NCBI GenBank assembly: GCA_036394195.1
Contig: DASWFO010000062.1
Span: 18,514 to 82,513 of the forward strand
Direction: 5' to 3'
From: Alphaproteobacteria bacterium
GTDB lineage: Bacteria > Pseudomonadota > Alphaproteobacteria > CACIAM-22H2
DNA: 64,000 nt
The position numbers and the translations under genes are program-made. Of the stretch, positions 31,815-44,361 are shown one piece after another. Position 1 is the first letter of the stretch. Each line of letters begins with the position of its first letter. The notes beneath the pieces were generated by a model. That model did not search any database. It was not told the DNA's origin and was given only the letters and a program-made list of their open reading frames with translations.

Positions 31815-32540
31815 TCAGGACCTGCCCGGCGACGATGCCGGCGGGGTTGAAACGACGTTGGGCGGCGGCGGAACCGGGGCCGCGGGCGGCTGGCCCACCG
31901 GAGGCTGATGGGCCGGCGGCTGCACAGCCTTCTCGTCGCCCGGCAATTCGCGGGTCATGCCTTCCCAGGGCGACAGGAAATCGAAGGTGCGGAAGTCCTG
32001 GGTGAGCTTCACCGGCTCGTAGACGACGCGCTTCTGCTCCTGGTCGTAGCGCACCTCGACATAGCCGGTCAGCGGGAAGTCCTTGCGCAGCGGATGCCCC
32101 TCGAACCCGTAGTCCGTGAGGATGCGCCGAAGGTCGGGATGGTCGGAGAAGAAGATGCCGTAGAGATCCCAGGCCTCGCGCTCGAACCACCCGGCGGCGC
32201 TGAACACGCCGGTGAGCGAGGGGACGGGGGTCACCTCGTCGGTCAGCACCTTCACGCGGACGCGCCGGTTGTGCTTGAGGCTGAGCAGATTGTAGACGAC
32301 CTCGAAGCGCTGCTCGCGATCCGGATAGTCGACGCCGCAGATGTCGAGCAGGACCTTGAACAGGCAGGACGGATCGTCGCGCAGCCAGGTCATCACCTTG
32401 ACGATCGCCGAGCCGCGCACGGTGACGATCGGCTCGCCCAGCACCGTGTCGCAGCCGAGCACGTCCTGCGGGAACGCCGCCATGATGCGGTCGCCCTGCT
32501 CTTTCGAGGCCTTGATCTCGTCAGCGGACGGAATGGGCAT
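31815..32540 (-). CDS. nuoC: NADH-quinone oxidoreductase subunit C with a Pro-rich C-terminal tail
   Basis: 241 aa. The core ends around residue 200, followed by ..[37 protein letters not shown]. Confidence 0.85.
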   Translation of the reverse strand: MPIPSADEIKASKEQGDRIMAAFPQDVLGCDTVLGEPIVTVRGSAIVKVMTWLRDDPSCLFKVLLDICGVDYPDREQRFEVVYNLLSLKHNRRVRVKVLTDEVTPVPSLTGVFSAAGWFEREAWDLYGIFFSDHPDLRRILTDYGFEGHPLRKDFPLTGYVEVRYDQEQKRVVYEPVKLTQDFRTFDFLSPWEGMTRELPGDEKAVQPPAHQPPVGQPPAAPVPPPPNVVSTPPASSPGRS

Positions 32541-32566
32541 TCGCGATGACTAAAGGAAGACGCTGG

Positions 32567-33130
32567 TTAGCGCACGATGCTGGTGGTGCGGCGAATCTTC
32601 TTCTGGAGCTGCAGGATTCCATACAGCAGCGCCTCGGCGGTGGGCGGGCAGCCGGGCACGTAGACGTCCACCGGGACGATGCGGTCGCAGCCGCGCACGA
32701 CCGAATACGAATAGTGGTAATAGCCCCCGCCGTTGGCGCAGGAGCCCATGGAGAGCACCCAGCGCGGCTCGGCCATCTGGTCGTAAACCTTGCGCAGCGC
32801 CGGCGCCATCTTGTTGCACAAGGTGCCGGCGACGATCATCACGTCCGATTGGCGCGGGCTCGGCCGGAACACCATGCCGAAGCGGTCGAGGTCGTAGCGG
32901 CTGGCGGCGGTGTGCATCATCTCGACCGCGCAGCAAGCGAGGCCGAAGGTCATCGGCCACAGGCTGCCCGAGCGCGCCCAGCCGACGAGCTTGTCGAGCT
33001 GCGCCACGACGAAGCCCTTGTCGGTGAACTCGTCGCTGACGGCCCGCAGGAGCCCGTCATGCTTCGGGCCCGGCGGCAGCGGCGCGGTCGGGGTCGCGAT
33101 CACTCCCATTCGAGGGCTCCCTTCCGCCAC
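32567..33130 (-). CDS. nuoB: NADH-quinone oxidoreductase subunit B
   Basis: The Cys ligands of the N2 cluster are present (CCAVEM...GxCxxxGG..CP). The start is uncertain (33130 or 33109). Confidence 0.85.
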   Translation of the reverse strand: MAEGSPRMGVIATPTAPLPPGPKHDGLLRAVSDEFTDKGFVVAQLDKLVGWARSGSLWPMTFGLACCAVEMMHTAASRYDLDRFGMVFRPSPRQSDVMIVAGTLCNKMAPALRKVYDQMAEPRWVLSMGSCANGGGYYHYSYSVVRGCDRIVPVDVYVPGCPPTAEALLYGILQLQKKIRRTTSIVR

Positions 33131-33474
33131 TCATAGGCGAAGCCGACGGTCAGCACGCCGAGAAAGATGACCATCGACCAGAAACCGAACATGCCGATGT
33201 CGCCCAGCGTCACCGCCCACGGGAACAGGAACGCGACCTCGAGGTCGAAGATGATGAACAGGATCGCGACCAGATAGTAGCGCACGTCGAATTTGCGCCG
33301 CGCATCCTCGAACGCCTCGAACCCGCACTCATAGGCCGACAGTTTCTCGGAATCCGGCTTCTGGCGCGCAGCGATCAGCGACACGACGACCATCGCCGCC
33401 GACAGCACGGTCGCGATCCCCAGAAAGATAAGGATCGGGAGGTATTCCCGAAGCATGGCGATCTGGCTTTCCAT
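33100..33474 (-). CDS. nuoA: NADH-quinone oxidoreductase subunit A
   Basis: It starts at ATG 33474 ([15 protein letters not shown]..) or 33456. It is a 3-TM protein. Confidence 0.85.
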   Translation of the reverse strand: MESQIAMLREYLPILIFLGIATVLSAAMVVVSLIAARQKPDSEKLSAYECGFEAFEDARRKFDVRYYLVAILFIIFDLEVAFLFPWAVTLGDIGMFGFWSMVIFLGVLTVGFAYEWRKGALEWE

Positions 33475-33714
33475 CTGAAACCCCGTCTCGAGGCGTCGGG
33501 CGCAAGCGGCGGTCCCCGCGCGCTGTCCGACTCCCGCATTGCCGGCCGGCAGTCTAGCGACCGAGCGAACACAAGAAAAGCAAAGGTTTAGCGTCAGATA
33601 CCGCGTCCAACGCCGCACCGGAAACTGGCTCTATGGCGGTGCAATATAGCCCCCGGGCGCGGCCTCGCAAGGGCCATGACGTGCACGTTTTCCGGAGAGA
33701 TTGTCAGAAGTTAA

Positions 33715-33791
<77 letters not shown>

Positions 33792-33832
33792 GCGATTAGG
33801 AACGGAGGGTGTACAGGTGGGCACTCCGCCCG

Positions 33833-34258
33833 TCAAGGAGAAGGACCGGCGGGTTGCTGGTCGACGCCGGCCTCGACGCCGAGCCACGCCAGCGCCTCCT
33901 CCAGCCGCTCGCAGACGGTGACCTTGAGGTTGCGCTCGACCAACAGCCGCATGCCGTAGCGGGCGGGATGGATGAGCGGCGGCGTGCCCACGACCGCGGT
34001 TCGAAATCCGATCTTTCGGCCTTCGATGAGCGCATTGATGCGCGGCTGAAGCGCGAAGGACACCATTTCGAACCTCTCGCGGAGCGTCGGGTCGCCGGTC
34101 ACCCCCTGACAGTCGATCAGGAGATTGAGGAGCCGGTGCCGTTGACCGGCGCTCACAATCGCCGCGAGGACCCGTTTCATCTCCTCGGCGGCATATTCGC
34201 CGGTCACCGTGGCGTGGAGATAGGTCGGCATCGGGTGAAGGTCGAGCGTCACGCTCAC
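33833..34258 (-). CDS. Hypothetical protein (141 aa)
   Basis: Amino-acid composition is non-biased. No recognisable motif. Confidence 0.4.
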   Translation of the reverse strand: MSVTLDLHPMPTYLHATVTGEYAAEEMKRVLAAIVSAGQRHRLLNLLIDCQGVTGDPTLRERFEMVSFALQPRINALIEGRKIGFRTAVVGTPPLIHPARYGMRLLVERNLKVTVCERLEEALAWLGVEAGVDQQPAGPSP

Positions 34259-34268
34259 GAGAGCGGCC

Positions 34269-35381
34269 TCATTCCCCGGTTGCGGCCGCCTGCCGCTCCG
34301 GGAAGAGCCTCAGCAACCCCTCGCGCGTGGCCGGAGCCACGCCGCGCTCGGTGATCAGGCCGGTGACCAGGCGCGCCGGCGTCACGTCGAAGCCGTAATT
34401 CGCCGCCGGGCTGCCGGGGGCCGTGATCTCGACCGTCGCGACCGTGCCGTCGGCCGCCCGGCCGGTCATGCGCGTCACCTCGGCGGCGTCGCGCTCCTCG
34501 ATCGGGATCTCGCGGACACCGTCGCTGATCGTCCAGTCGATGGTCGGGCTCGGCAGGGCGACGTAGAACGGCACGCCGTTGTCGCGCGCGGCGAGCGCCT
34601 TCAGGTAGGTGCCGATCTTGTTGCACACGTCGCCGCCCGCGGTGACTCGGTCCGTGCCGACGATGCACATGTCGACCTTGCCGTGCTGCATCAGATGGCC
34701 GCCGGCGTTGTCGACGATGATCGTATGCGGAACGCCGTGCCGGCCGAGCTCCCACGCGGTGAGCGAGGCGCCCTGGTTGCGCGGCCGCGTCTCGTCGACC
34801 CAGACATGCAGCGGAATGCCGGAATCGTGCGCCATATAGATCGGCGCCAGCGCCGTGCCCCAGTCCACCGTGGCGAGCCAACCCGCATTGCAATGGGTCA
34901 AGATGTTCAACCGCTGGGTTCGGCCGCGCCCGTCCGCGATGCCGCGGATGACGGCGAGCCCGTTCTCGCCGATCGCATGGTTGATCGCCACGTCTTCATC
35001 GCAGATCTCGCCGGCGCGACTCCACGCCACGTCCGGCCGCGACGCGGGCGACAGGCGCTTGAGGCGCTGACGCATGGCGTCCAGCGCCCAGCGCAGGTTG
35101 ATCGCTGTCGGCCGGGTCGCCAGCAGCGTGTCATAGGTGTCGGTCAGCGCCGCGTCGGACGCATCCTGCCGCATGGCGAGCGCCACGCCGTAGGCGGCGG
35201 TGGCGCCGATCAAGGGCGCTCCCCGCACCTGCATGGATTTGATGGCATGCGCCGCCTCGGCCATGGTCGTCAGGCGCAGAAGCGCAAATTGGTGCGGCAG
35301 CTTGGTCTGGTCGATGATCTCGACCGTCCGGCCGTCGGCGGCGGCCCAGATGCTGCGATAGTGTTTCCCGTCGACTTTCAT
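34269..35381 (-). CDS. mtnA: S-methyl-5-thioribose-1-phosphate isomerase
   Basis: It starts at [12 protein letters not shown]... and carries the e/IF2B-like MtnA signature (..[12 protein letters not shown].., ..TGTDRV..). Confidence 0.8.
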   Translation of the reverse strand: MKVDGKHYRSIWAAADGRTVEIIDQTKLPHQFALLRLTTMAEAAHAIKSMQVRGAPLIGATAAYGVALAMRQDASDAALTDTYDTLLATRPTAINLRWALDAMRQRLKRLSPASRPDVAWSRAGEICDEDVAINHAIGENGLAVIRGIADGRGRTQRLNILTHCNAGWLATVDWGTALAPIYMAHDSGIPLHVWVDETRPRNQGASLTAWELGRHGVPHTIIVDNAGGHLMQHGKVDMCIVGTDRVTAGGDVCNKIGTYLKALAARDNGVPFYVALPSPTIDWTISDGVREIPIEERDAAEVTRMTGRAADGTVATVEITAPGSPAANYGFDVTPARLVTGLITERGVAPATREGLLRLFPERQAAATGE

Positions 35382-35500
35382 GGCGTTGTCCTGATGCGGC
35401 GTCGGGCGGAGTTTAACGCAGGCTTGCCCTGCATATAAGTTCCGATTACACATCGAACCGGGGCCCGGTCGCGGGGTTTTACTCATTTCGAGCGGTCAAA

Positions 35501-36334
35501 ATGAGCAGACGAAACGATGTTCTCACTCTCCTTGCGGTTGTGACGGGGCTTCTGCTCGCCGTCCCAGAGGCCGGCGCGCAGCCGGCAGCACCGCCCAATA
35601 CGCTCACCTTCCAGTGGGCGCCCGGTCTCGAAGTCCACAACCAGGCGTATCGCGAGCCGTCGATCGGCGTCAAAGAGGACGGCTGGTTCGGCGGCGGGAC
35701 CTTGGACGCGCGGGCGGTCTACAACGGCTGGCAGCTCCGGGGCGAAGGGCTGCTCGCATATGGCCGGATGGACTACTCGGGCAGCGGCACGGTCAACGGC
35801 ATCGATGACCTGGAAGTGGAGTTGCGCGTGCTGGGCGCCTATGCGATCCGCCTGGATGCGCAAGGCGACGAAATCACGCCCTATGCCGGGTACGGCTATC
35901 GCGTCCTCGAAGATTATCTCGGCGGCAAGACCACCTCGACCGGCGCCCGCGGCTACGACCGGCAGTCGCAATACCATTACATCCCGATGGGACTCGAAGC
36001 CCGCCTGGGCCTGGCACCCGGCTGGAGCGTGAAGCCGCGGGCCGAGTACGACTACTTCATCCGCGGCTACCAGGACAGCTACCTGTCGCAGGCCATCGCC
36101 GGTCTGCAGGACGTCCGCAACACCCAGACCTCCGGCTACGGCGTGCGCGGTTCGCTCACGCTGCAGACGAATTTCGGCCCGACGCCGGTCGAGTTCGGTC
36201 CGTTCGTCCGCTACTGGAAGATCCAGCAGTCGGACACCCAGCCGGTGATCTTCCGCGGCGTGACGGTCGCCGGCGGCTTCGAGCCGGCCAACCACACCAC
36301 CGAGATCGGGTTCGGATTCAAAGTCTGGTTCTGA
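35501..36334 (+). CDS. Outer-membrane beta-barrel protein (MipA/OmpV-like)
   Basis: It has a signal peptide and alternating aromatic/hydrophilic strands. The C-terminus GFGFKVWF ends in Phe, the OMP signature. Confidence 0.55.
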   Translation: MSRRNDVLTLLAVVTGLLLAVPEAGAQPAAPPNTLTFQWAPGLEVHNQAYREPSIGVKEDGWFGGGTLDARAVYNGWQLRGEGLLAYGRMDYSGSGTVNGIDDLEVELRVLGAYAIRLDAQGDEITPYAGYGYRVLEDYLGGKTTSTGARGYDRQSQYHYIPMGLEARLGLAPGWSVKPRAEYDYFIRGYQDSYLSQAIAGLQDVRNTQTSGYGVRGSLTLQTNFGPTPVEFGPFVRYWKIQQSDTQPVIFRGVTVAGGFEPANHTTEIGFGFKVWF

Positions 36335-36392
36335 GCGGACAGTCAGGGAGCACCGGCCGCGCCTCGGGCCGGCCGGTGCCACGCCGCAAGGC

Positions 36393-36467
36393 TGGTGGGC
36401 GGTGAGGGTTTCGAACCCCCGACCCTCTCGGTGTAAACGAGATGCTCTACCGCTGAGCTAACCGCCC
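36393..36467 (-). tRNA. tRNA-Val (TAC)
   Basis: Reverse complement: GGGCGGTTAGCTCAGCGGTAGAGCATCTCGTTTACACCGAGAGGGTCGGGGGTTCGAAACCCTCACCGCCCACCA. The anticodon loop is TTTACAC. Confidence 0.85.
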
Positions 36468-36552
36468 GCGGGATTCTTATAGCAGAAAGCCTGGATCCCG
36501 GGTCGCGCCGCATCGGAATGCGGCTCGCCCGGGATGACGCGCGAAGCGCCCG

Positions 36553-36825
36553 TCAATTCACGGCGTCTTTCAGGGCCTTGCCGGCCTTGAACTTCGGCAG
36601 CTTGATGGCCTTGATGTTGATGGTCGCGCCGGTGCGGGGGTCGCGCCCCTTACTCGCCTTGCGGTTGCGCACGTAAAACGCGCCGAAGCCGACCAGGCGC
36701 ACCTCGGTTCCCTTCTTCAGCGCCCTGGTGATGACGTCGAGCATCGCCTCGACCGCTTCGATGGCATCCGTCTTCGACATCTCCGTCCTCAGCGCGACCG
36801 CCGCCGCCAAATCAATCTTGTTCAC
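36553..36825 (-). CDS. hup: HU-family DNA-binding protein
   Basis: GTG start (V)NKIDLAAAVA...GFGAF.V..R.A..GRDP.TG. Confidence 0.8.
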   Translation of the reverse strand: MNKIDLAAAVALRTEMSKTDAIEAVEAMLDVITRALKKGTEVRLVGFGAFYVRNRKASKGRDPRTGATINIKAIKLPKFKAGKALKDAVN

Positions 36826-36997
36826 GGACCGGGATCCCCCTTGCGAACTGCAGGCGACGCGGCTGTGAGCGCCGTCGTTCACCCGAACGCTTCGAATTTC
36901 CGCTGCACGAAAAATTTTGTCAATCGCGGGGCCGGTGAGTTGCGTGGATAATTTTTTTAAGAACTTTTCCGTGCAGCGCGCGGGCACGGCCTCGCCA

Positions 36998-37033
36998 CAA
37001 ACAAAAACGCCTCCGGTCCAAAGACCGGAGGCG
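36998..37033 (-). terminator. Intrinsic terminator of lon
   Basis: On the minus strand, cgcctccggtc-ttt-gaccggaggcg is followed by TTTTTGTTTG, 23 nt after the lon stop. Confidence 0.7.
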
Positions 37034-37055
37034 TTGATTGCTGCGACCGATCGCG

Positions 37056-39473
<2,418 letters not shown>

Positions 39474-39635
39474 GGTACCTCGGTGTAGGCTAGGGTCCCG
39501 CTCGGAATTTGGCCGATTGGCCAGCGGGACAGGGCGCCCGCAATGGTCAACCACTGATTCGTCGGCGGGGCGCCTTCAAACAGTTAGGTTATGTGGCGTT
39601 GCCGCACGGATCGTTCAAGATCCGTGCCGGGGGAT

Positions 39636-40907
39636 CTAGGCGGAGCTTCCGGAAACCGAGTCGCTGCGACGATCCGCATAGATCTGAAGGGGCTTGGCGC
39701 GGCCCTCGACGACCTCCTTGTTGATGACCACTTCCTCGACCCCGCTCATGCTCGGCAGGTCGAACATCGTGTCGAGGAGGATGCTCTCCATGATCGAGCG
39801 CAGGCCGCGGGCGCCCGTCTTGCGCGCGATCGCACGCCGGGCCACGGAGCGGAGGGCGTCATCCGAGAAGCCGAGCCGCAGGCCCTCCATCTCGAACAGC
39901 CGCTGGTACTGTTTGACCAGCGCATTCTTCGGTTTCACCAGGATCTCGACCAGCGCGGCCTCGCTCAGGTCGTTCAAGGTGGCGACGACCGGTAGACGGC
40001 CGATGAACTCCGGGATCAGCCCGAACTTGAGCAAATCCTCCGGCTCGACCTCCTTGAGGATCTCGCCGGTCTGGCGTTCGTCGGCGGCGCGCACGTCAGC
40101 GCCAAAGCCGATATTCGTGCCGCGGGTCCGCTGCGAGATGATCTTCTCCAGCCCGGCAAACGCGCCGCCGCAGATGAACAGGATGTTGGTCGTGTCGACC
40201 TGCAGGAACTCCTGCTGCGGATGCTTGCGCCCGCCTTGCGGCGGCACCGAAGCGACGGTGCCTTCCATGATCTTCAGCAGCGCCTGCTGCACGCCTTCAC
40301 CCGACACGTCGCGGGTGATCGACGGGTTCTCCGACTTGCGGCTGATTTTATCGACTTCGTCGATATAGACGATGCCGCGCTGGGCGCGCTCGACGTTGTA
40401 GTCGGCGGCCTGGAGCAGGCGCAGGATGATGTTCTCGACGTCCTCGCCGACATAGCCGGCTTCGGTCAGCGTCGTCGCATCGGCCATCGTGAACGGCACG
40501 TCGATGATCCGCGCCAGGGTCTGGGCCAGCAGCGTCTTGCCGCAGCCGGTCGGCCCGACCAGCAGGATGTTCGACTTCGAGATCTCGACTTCGTTGTTCT
40601 TCGTGCCGATCGACAGCCGCTTGTAGTGGTTGTGGACGGCGACGGACAGCACGCGCTTGGCATGGTCCTGGCCGATCACATAGTCGTCGAGCACGTTGCA
40701 GATGTCGCGCGGCGTGGGCACGCCGTCCCGCGACTTGACCAGGGTGGTCTTGTGTTCCTCGCGGATGATGTCCATGCACAGTTCGACGCATTCATCGCAG
40801 ATGAACACCGTCGGACCGGCGATCAGCTTCCGCACCTCATGCTGGCTTTTGCCGCAAAATGAGCAGTACAGGGTGTTCTTGGAGTCGCCACCGCTGGACT
40901 TCGTCAT
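39636..40907 (-). CDS. clpX: ClpX ATPase/unfoldase
   Basis: Zn-finger [26 protein letters not shown] and Walker A (GPTGCGKT) are present. Confidence 0.9.
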   Translation of the reverse strand: MTKSSGGDSKNTLYCSFCGKSQHEVRKLIAGPTVFICDECVELCMDIIREEHKTTLVKSRDGVPTPRDICNVLDDYVIGQDHAKRVLSVAVHNHYKRLSIGTKNNEVEISKSNILLVGPTGCGKTLLAQTLARIIDVPFTMADATTLTEAGYVGEDVENIILRLLQAADYNVERAQRGIVYIDEVDKISRKSENPSITRDVSGEGVQQALLKIMEGTVASVPPQGGRKHPQQEFLQVDTTNILFICGGAFAGLEKIISQRTRGTNIGFGADVRAADERQTGEILKEVEPEDLLKFGLIPEFIGRLPVVATLNDLSEAALVEILVKPKNALVKQYQRLFEMEGLRLGFSDDALRSVARRAIARKTGARGLRSIMESILLDTMFDLPSMSGVEEVVINKEVVEGRAKPLQIYADRRSDSVSGSSA

Positions 40908-41370
40908 AGTCGCTCCGTTATCGGCCGGGCCACACCCTGACAGCTAAAGGGCCTTGGCTCGGCTCACTTCATGTTAGCGGCAGGTCCATGACGGCACAAC
41001 GCCTAAAACCTGCCGGCCCCTAGATATCGGGGGGTTAGCCGGTCCCCGACCCCTCGCAGTAGTGTCCGTCGTGGCGCCACCGAAAGATCATCCGGAGAAC
41101 CCCAGATATATAGTGGCACCCCTCCGTCAACGAAAGGTAAACCCTATTTGTGCCCTCAAATCCACGTGGCCGAGGGTCTATCGCGCCCGGAGACCGCCCG
41201 CCGGCCGCGAAACTGGCGTAAAGCGCCGGTTACCCGGGCGTCACCGGCCATCGAGGGGTAAACGCACGAACCATGCCATAGAGGCAACGGTCGGGAGCCG
41301 CGCCCGGCAGTCCCGGCGGGGTCCGTGAGCTTGGAGGCGGACCACGGTGGCCGCCTCCGTCCTACCCGGA

Positions 41371-42015
41371 TCAGGCGGCCTTGGCGTCCTCGGGCCGCGG
41401 CGGGCGGCTGGTCACCACCTCGTCGATGAGGCCGAACGCCTTGGCCTCGTCCGGCGACATGAACTTGTCGCGCTCGACCGCCCGCTCGATGGTCTCCAGG
41501 TTCTGGCCGGTGTGGTGCATATAGATCTCGTTCAGCCGCTTGCGCAGGCTGAGGATCTCGCGGGCCTGAATCTCGATGTCGGTGGCCTGCCCCTGCGCCC
41601 CGCCCGACGGTTGATGGACCATGATCCGCGAGTTGGGCAGCGAGAACCGCTTGCCCTTGGCGCCGGCGGTCAGCAGCAGCGAGCCCATCGAGGCGGCCTG
41701 CCCGATGCAGACCGTGGCGACGTCCGGGCGGATGTACTGCATGGTGTCGTAGATCGCGAGGCCCGAGCTGACGATGCCGCCCGGCGAATTGACGTAGAAG
41801 GAGATGTCCTTCTTCGGATTTTCAGACTCAAGGAACAGCAGCTGCGCGCAGACCAAGCTCGCGACACCGTCGTTCACCGGCCCGACGAGAAAAATGATCC
41901 GCTCCTTCAACAGCCGCGAATAGATGTCGAAGGCGCGCTCGCCGCGTGCGGTCTGCTCGATGACCATCGGTACGAGGGTGTTCATCTGCGTGTCGATGCG
42001 CTCGCTCATAGTCAT
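41371..42015 (-). CDS. clpP: ClpP protease proteolytic subunit
   Basis: 214 aa, with the Ser-His-Asp triad context (GQAASMGS...MVHQP). Confidence 0.9.
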   Translation of the reverse strand: MTMSERIDTQMNTLVPMVIEQTARGERAFDIYSRLLKERIIFLVGPVNDGVASLVCAQLLFLESENPKKDISFYVNSPGGIVSSGLAIYDTMQYIRPDVATVCIGQAASMGSLLLTAGAKGKRFSLPNSRIMVHQPSGGAQGQATDIEIQAREILSLRKRLNEIYMHHTGQNLETIERAVERDKFMSPDEAKAFGLIDEVVTSRPPRPEDAKAA

Positions 42016-42059
42016 GTCCTCGCTGGTTCGTCGCCCTATGTCTCTACTTTACCCTGCGG

Positions 42060-43397
42060 TTACGCTGCTGTCGCCTCGTCGTCGGGATCCTTCAGCAGAT
42101 CGGCCGACGAGACCGGCTTGTCGGTCACCTTCGCCATTTCGACGATGAAGTCGATGACCTTGTCCTCGAACAGCGGCGCCCGCAACTGAGCCAGCGCTTC
42201 GGGCTGATTGCGGTAGAAATCCACCACCTTGCGCTCCTGGCCCGGGAAGCGGCGCGCTTCCTCGATCAGGGCCCGGTTGACCTCTTCCTGGGTGACCTCG
42301 ATGTTGTTGAGCCGCCCCACCTCGGACAGCAACAGCCCCAGGCGCACCCGCCGCTCGGCGATGCCGCGGAACTCCTTCTTGAGGTCGTCGTCGGACTTGC
42401 CGGTGATGGTCGGGTCCTGGTCGCCGCGCTTGCGCGCCTCCTCGACGCTGCGCCAGATCGCGTCGAACTCCATGTCGACCATGCCCTGTGGCACCTGGAA
42501 ATCGTGCGTCTCCGCCAGCTTGTCAAGGAGCTGCCGCTTCAGCCGGGCGCGCGAGCGCCGCGAATAGTCGCGGGTGATCTGCTCGCCGACCGATTTCTTG
42601 AGCGTCGGCACGTCGTCGAAGCCCATCGCCTTGGCAAAGGCCTCGTCGACCACCGCCGGCTGCTTTTCGTGGATCTCTTTGATGGTCACGGTGAAGACCG
42701 CGTCCTTCCCGGCGAGCTTGTCGCTGCCGTATTCCTTCGGGAAGGTGACCTTCACGTCGGTCGTCGTCCCGGCTTTGTGGCCGACCAGCTGATCCTCGAA
42801 GCCCGGGATGAACTGATTGCTCCCGAGCTCGAGCCGGTGGTCCTTTGCCGCCCCGCCCGGGAATTCCTGGCCGTCGATGCGCCCGACGAAGTCGATTACC
42901 GCGACGTCGCCCTTCTGGGTCGGGCGTTCGGCGGTCACTTTATCGGTCTTGCGGTTATGCTCGGCGATCCGCTCGAGCGCCGAATTGATCTCCTCGTCGC
43001 TGGCTTCGGCCTTCATCCGCTCCAGCGACAGGTCGCCGAAATTCATCGGCTTGATGTCGGGCAGGAGCTCGACCGCCATCTTGTATTCGAGGTTGTTGCC
43101 TTCGGTGAACGAGGTGATCTCGATCTTCGGCTGTACCGCCGGCCGCAGGCCGCGCTCGCCCATGGCCTGGCTCGAGGAATCATTGACCGCCCGCTCCAGC
43201 ACCTCGCCCAGCACCGACTGACCGAAGCGCTTCTTCAGCACCGGCATCGGCACCTTGCCCGGGCGGAAGCCCGGCAACTTGGCCGTCCGGCCGAGCTCCT
43301 CCAGCCGGTCATTCATCTTGGTTTCGATATCGGTGGACGCTACGACGACCTTGAACTCGCGCTTGAGGCCTTCGCTGCTGATTTCGGTGACTTGCAT
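42060..43397 (-). CDS. tig: Trigger factor
   Basis: 445 aa, MQVTEISSEGLKREFKVVV... Confidence 0.9.
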   Translation of the reverse strand: MQVTEISSEGLKREFKVVVASTDIETKMNDRLEELGRTAKLPGFRPGKVPMPVLKKRFGQSVLGEVLERAVNDSSSQAMGERGLRPAVQPKIEITSFTEGNNLEYKMAVELLPDIKPMNFGDLSLERMKAEASDEEINSALERIAEHNRKTDKVTAERPTQKGDVAVIDFVGRIDGQEFPGGAAKDHRLELGSNQFIPGFEDQLVGHKAGTTTDVKVTFPKEYGSDKLAGKDAVFTVTIKEIHEKQPAVVDEAFAKAMGFDDVPTLKKSVGEQITRDYSRRSRARLKRQLLDKLAETHDFQVPQGMVDMEFDAIWRSVEEARKRGDQDPTITGKSDDDLKKEFRGIAERRVRLGLLLSEVGRLNNIEVTQEEVNRALIEEARRFPGQERKVVDFYRNQPEALAQLRAPLFEDKVIDFIVEMAKVTDKPVSSADLLKDPDDEATAA

Positions 43398-43503
43398 GGG
43401 CGGGATCGTCGCTCGGATAGGATTAGGGTTTCAGGCGTCTTCGCGCCTATCGGGGGCTCGGACGGGTATGGGGCTCGGACGGGCGTTCTCCGCGGCGGGC
43501 GTC

Positions 43504-43588
43504 TGGTGCGGGCGGAGGGACTTGAACCCACACGACTTTCGTCACCAGAACCTAAATCTGGCGTGTCTACCAGTTCCACCACGCCCGC
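43504..43588 (-). tRNA. tRNA-Leu (TAG)
   Basis: Reverse complement: GCGGGCGTGGTGGAACTGGTAGACACGCCAGATTTAGGTTCTGGTGACGAAAGTCGTGTGGGTTCAAGTCCCTCCGCCCGCACCA. It has the long variable arm. Confidence 0.85.
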
Positions 43589-43730
43589 GCCCGGGCCTTA
43601 AGCCGGCTTCACGGGCCAGCTATGTAGAGTGTTCACAAACCCGCGTCAATATTGGGCCAGGGACAGCCTTGCAGGGAGCCGAACCCAGTCTTATGATATA
43701 CGGCAGTTTCTATGTATAGGGTAAGGCCAC

Positions 43731-43964
43731 ATGCTGATCGCAAAATGGGGCAACAGCCTCGCTGTCCGGTTGCCGAAGTCGGTCGTCGAGGCCCTTCGCC
43801 TAAAGGAAGGAGATTCGGTCGAGATTCAGGTGACCGGAACGCGCTCCTTCGAGATCGGCCGCGCGCCCAACGCACGTGAATTACTGGCGCGCCTGAGAAA
43901 GTACCGGGGCCGCCTGCCGGCCGGGTTCAAGTTCGACCGGCTGGAGGCGAATGAGCGCGGCTGA
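43731..43964 (+). CDS. vapB: AbrB/MazE/SpoVT-family antitoxin
   Basis: MLIAKWGNSLAVRLPKSVVEALRLKEGDSVEI... is a swapped-hairpin motif. Confidence 0.8.
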   Translation: MLIAKWGNSLAVRLPKSVVEALRLKEGDSVEIQVTGTRSFEIGRAPNARELLARLRKYRGRLPAGFKFDRLEANERG

Positions 43965-44358
43965 GGTTTTCTTCGATACCGACGTCCTCGTTTATCTTCT
44001 GTCCGCCGATCACGCGAAGGCAGACCGCGCCGAATCATTGATCGCCGCCGGCGGCACCATCAGCGTCCAGGTGCTCAACGAATTCGTGTCGGTGGCCCTG
44101 CGCAAGAGCGCGCTGGACCTCGCCGGCATCCGTGAGATCCTGGCGACTGTCCGCGCGGTGTGCCGGGTCGCTCCCGTGGACATCGAGACCCACGATCTCG
44201 CGCTCGATTTGGTCGAGCGATATCGGTTCTCGATCTACGACGGCCTCATTATCGCGGCGGCGCTGCGCGCCGAGTGCACGCTGCTCTACAGCGAAGACCT
44301 GCATCACGGTCAGGCCATCGACGGGCTTACCATCCAAAATCCGTTTTCCGCTGCGTAG
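43951..44358 (+). CDS. vapC: PIN-domain VapC toxin (intact)
   Basis: MSAAEVFFDTDVLVYLL... carries the conserved Asp residues. It overlaps vapB by 14 nt. Confidence 0.8.
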   Translation: MSAAEVFFDTDVLVYLLSADHAKADRAESLIAAGGTISVQVLNEFVSVALRKSALDLAGIREILATVRAVCRVAPVDIETHDLALDLVERYRFSIYDGLIIAAALRAECTLLYSEDLHHGQAIDGLTIQNPFSAA

Positions 44359-44361
44359 ATT

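Noticed and set aside
41062-41328. 88-aa ORF inside the clpP-clpX spacer
   Set aside because: It is Arg/Pro-rich (RRPPAGRETGVKRRLPGRHRPSRGKR), has no RBS and is on the opposite strand to all neighbours. It is more likely non-coding regulatory DNA.
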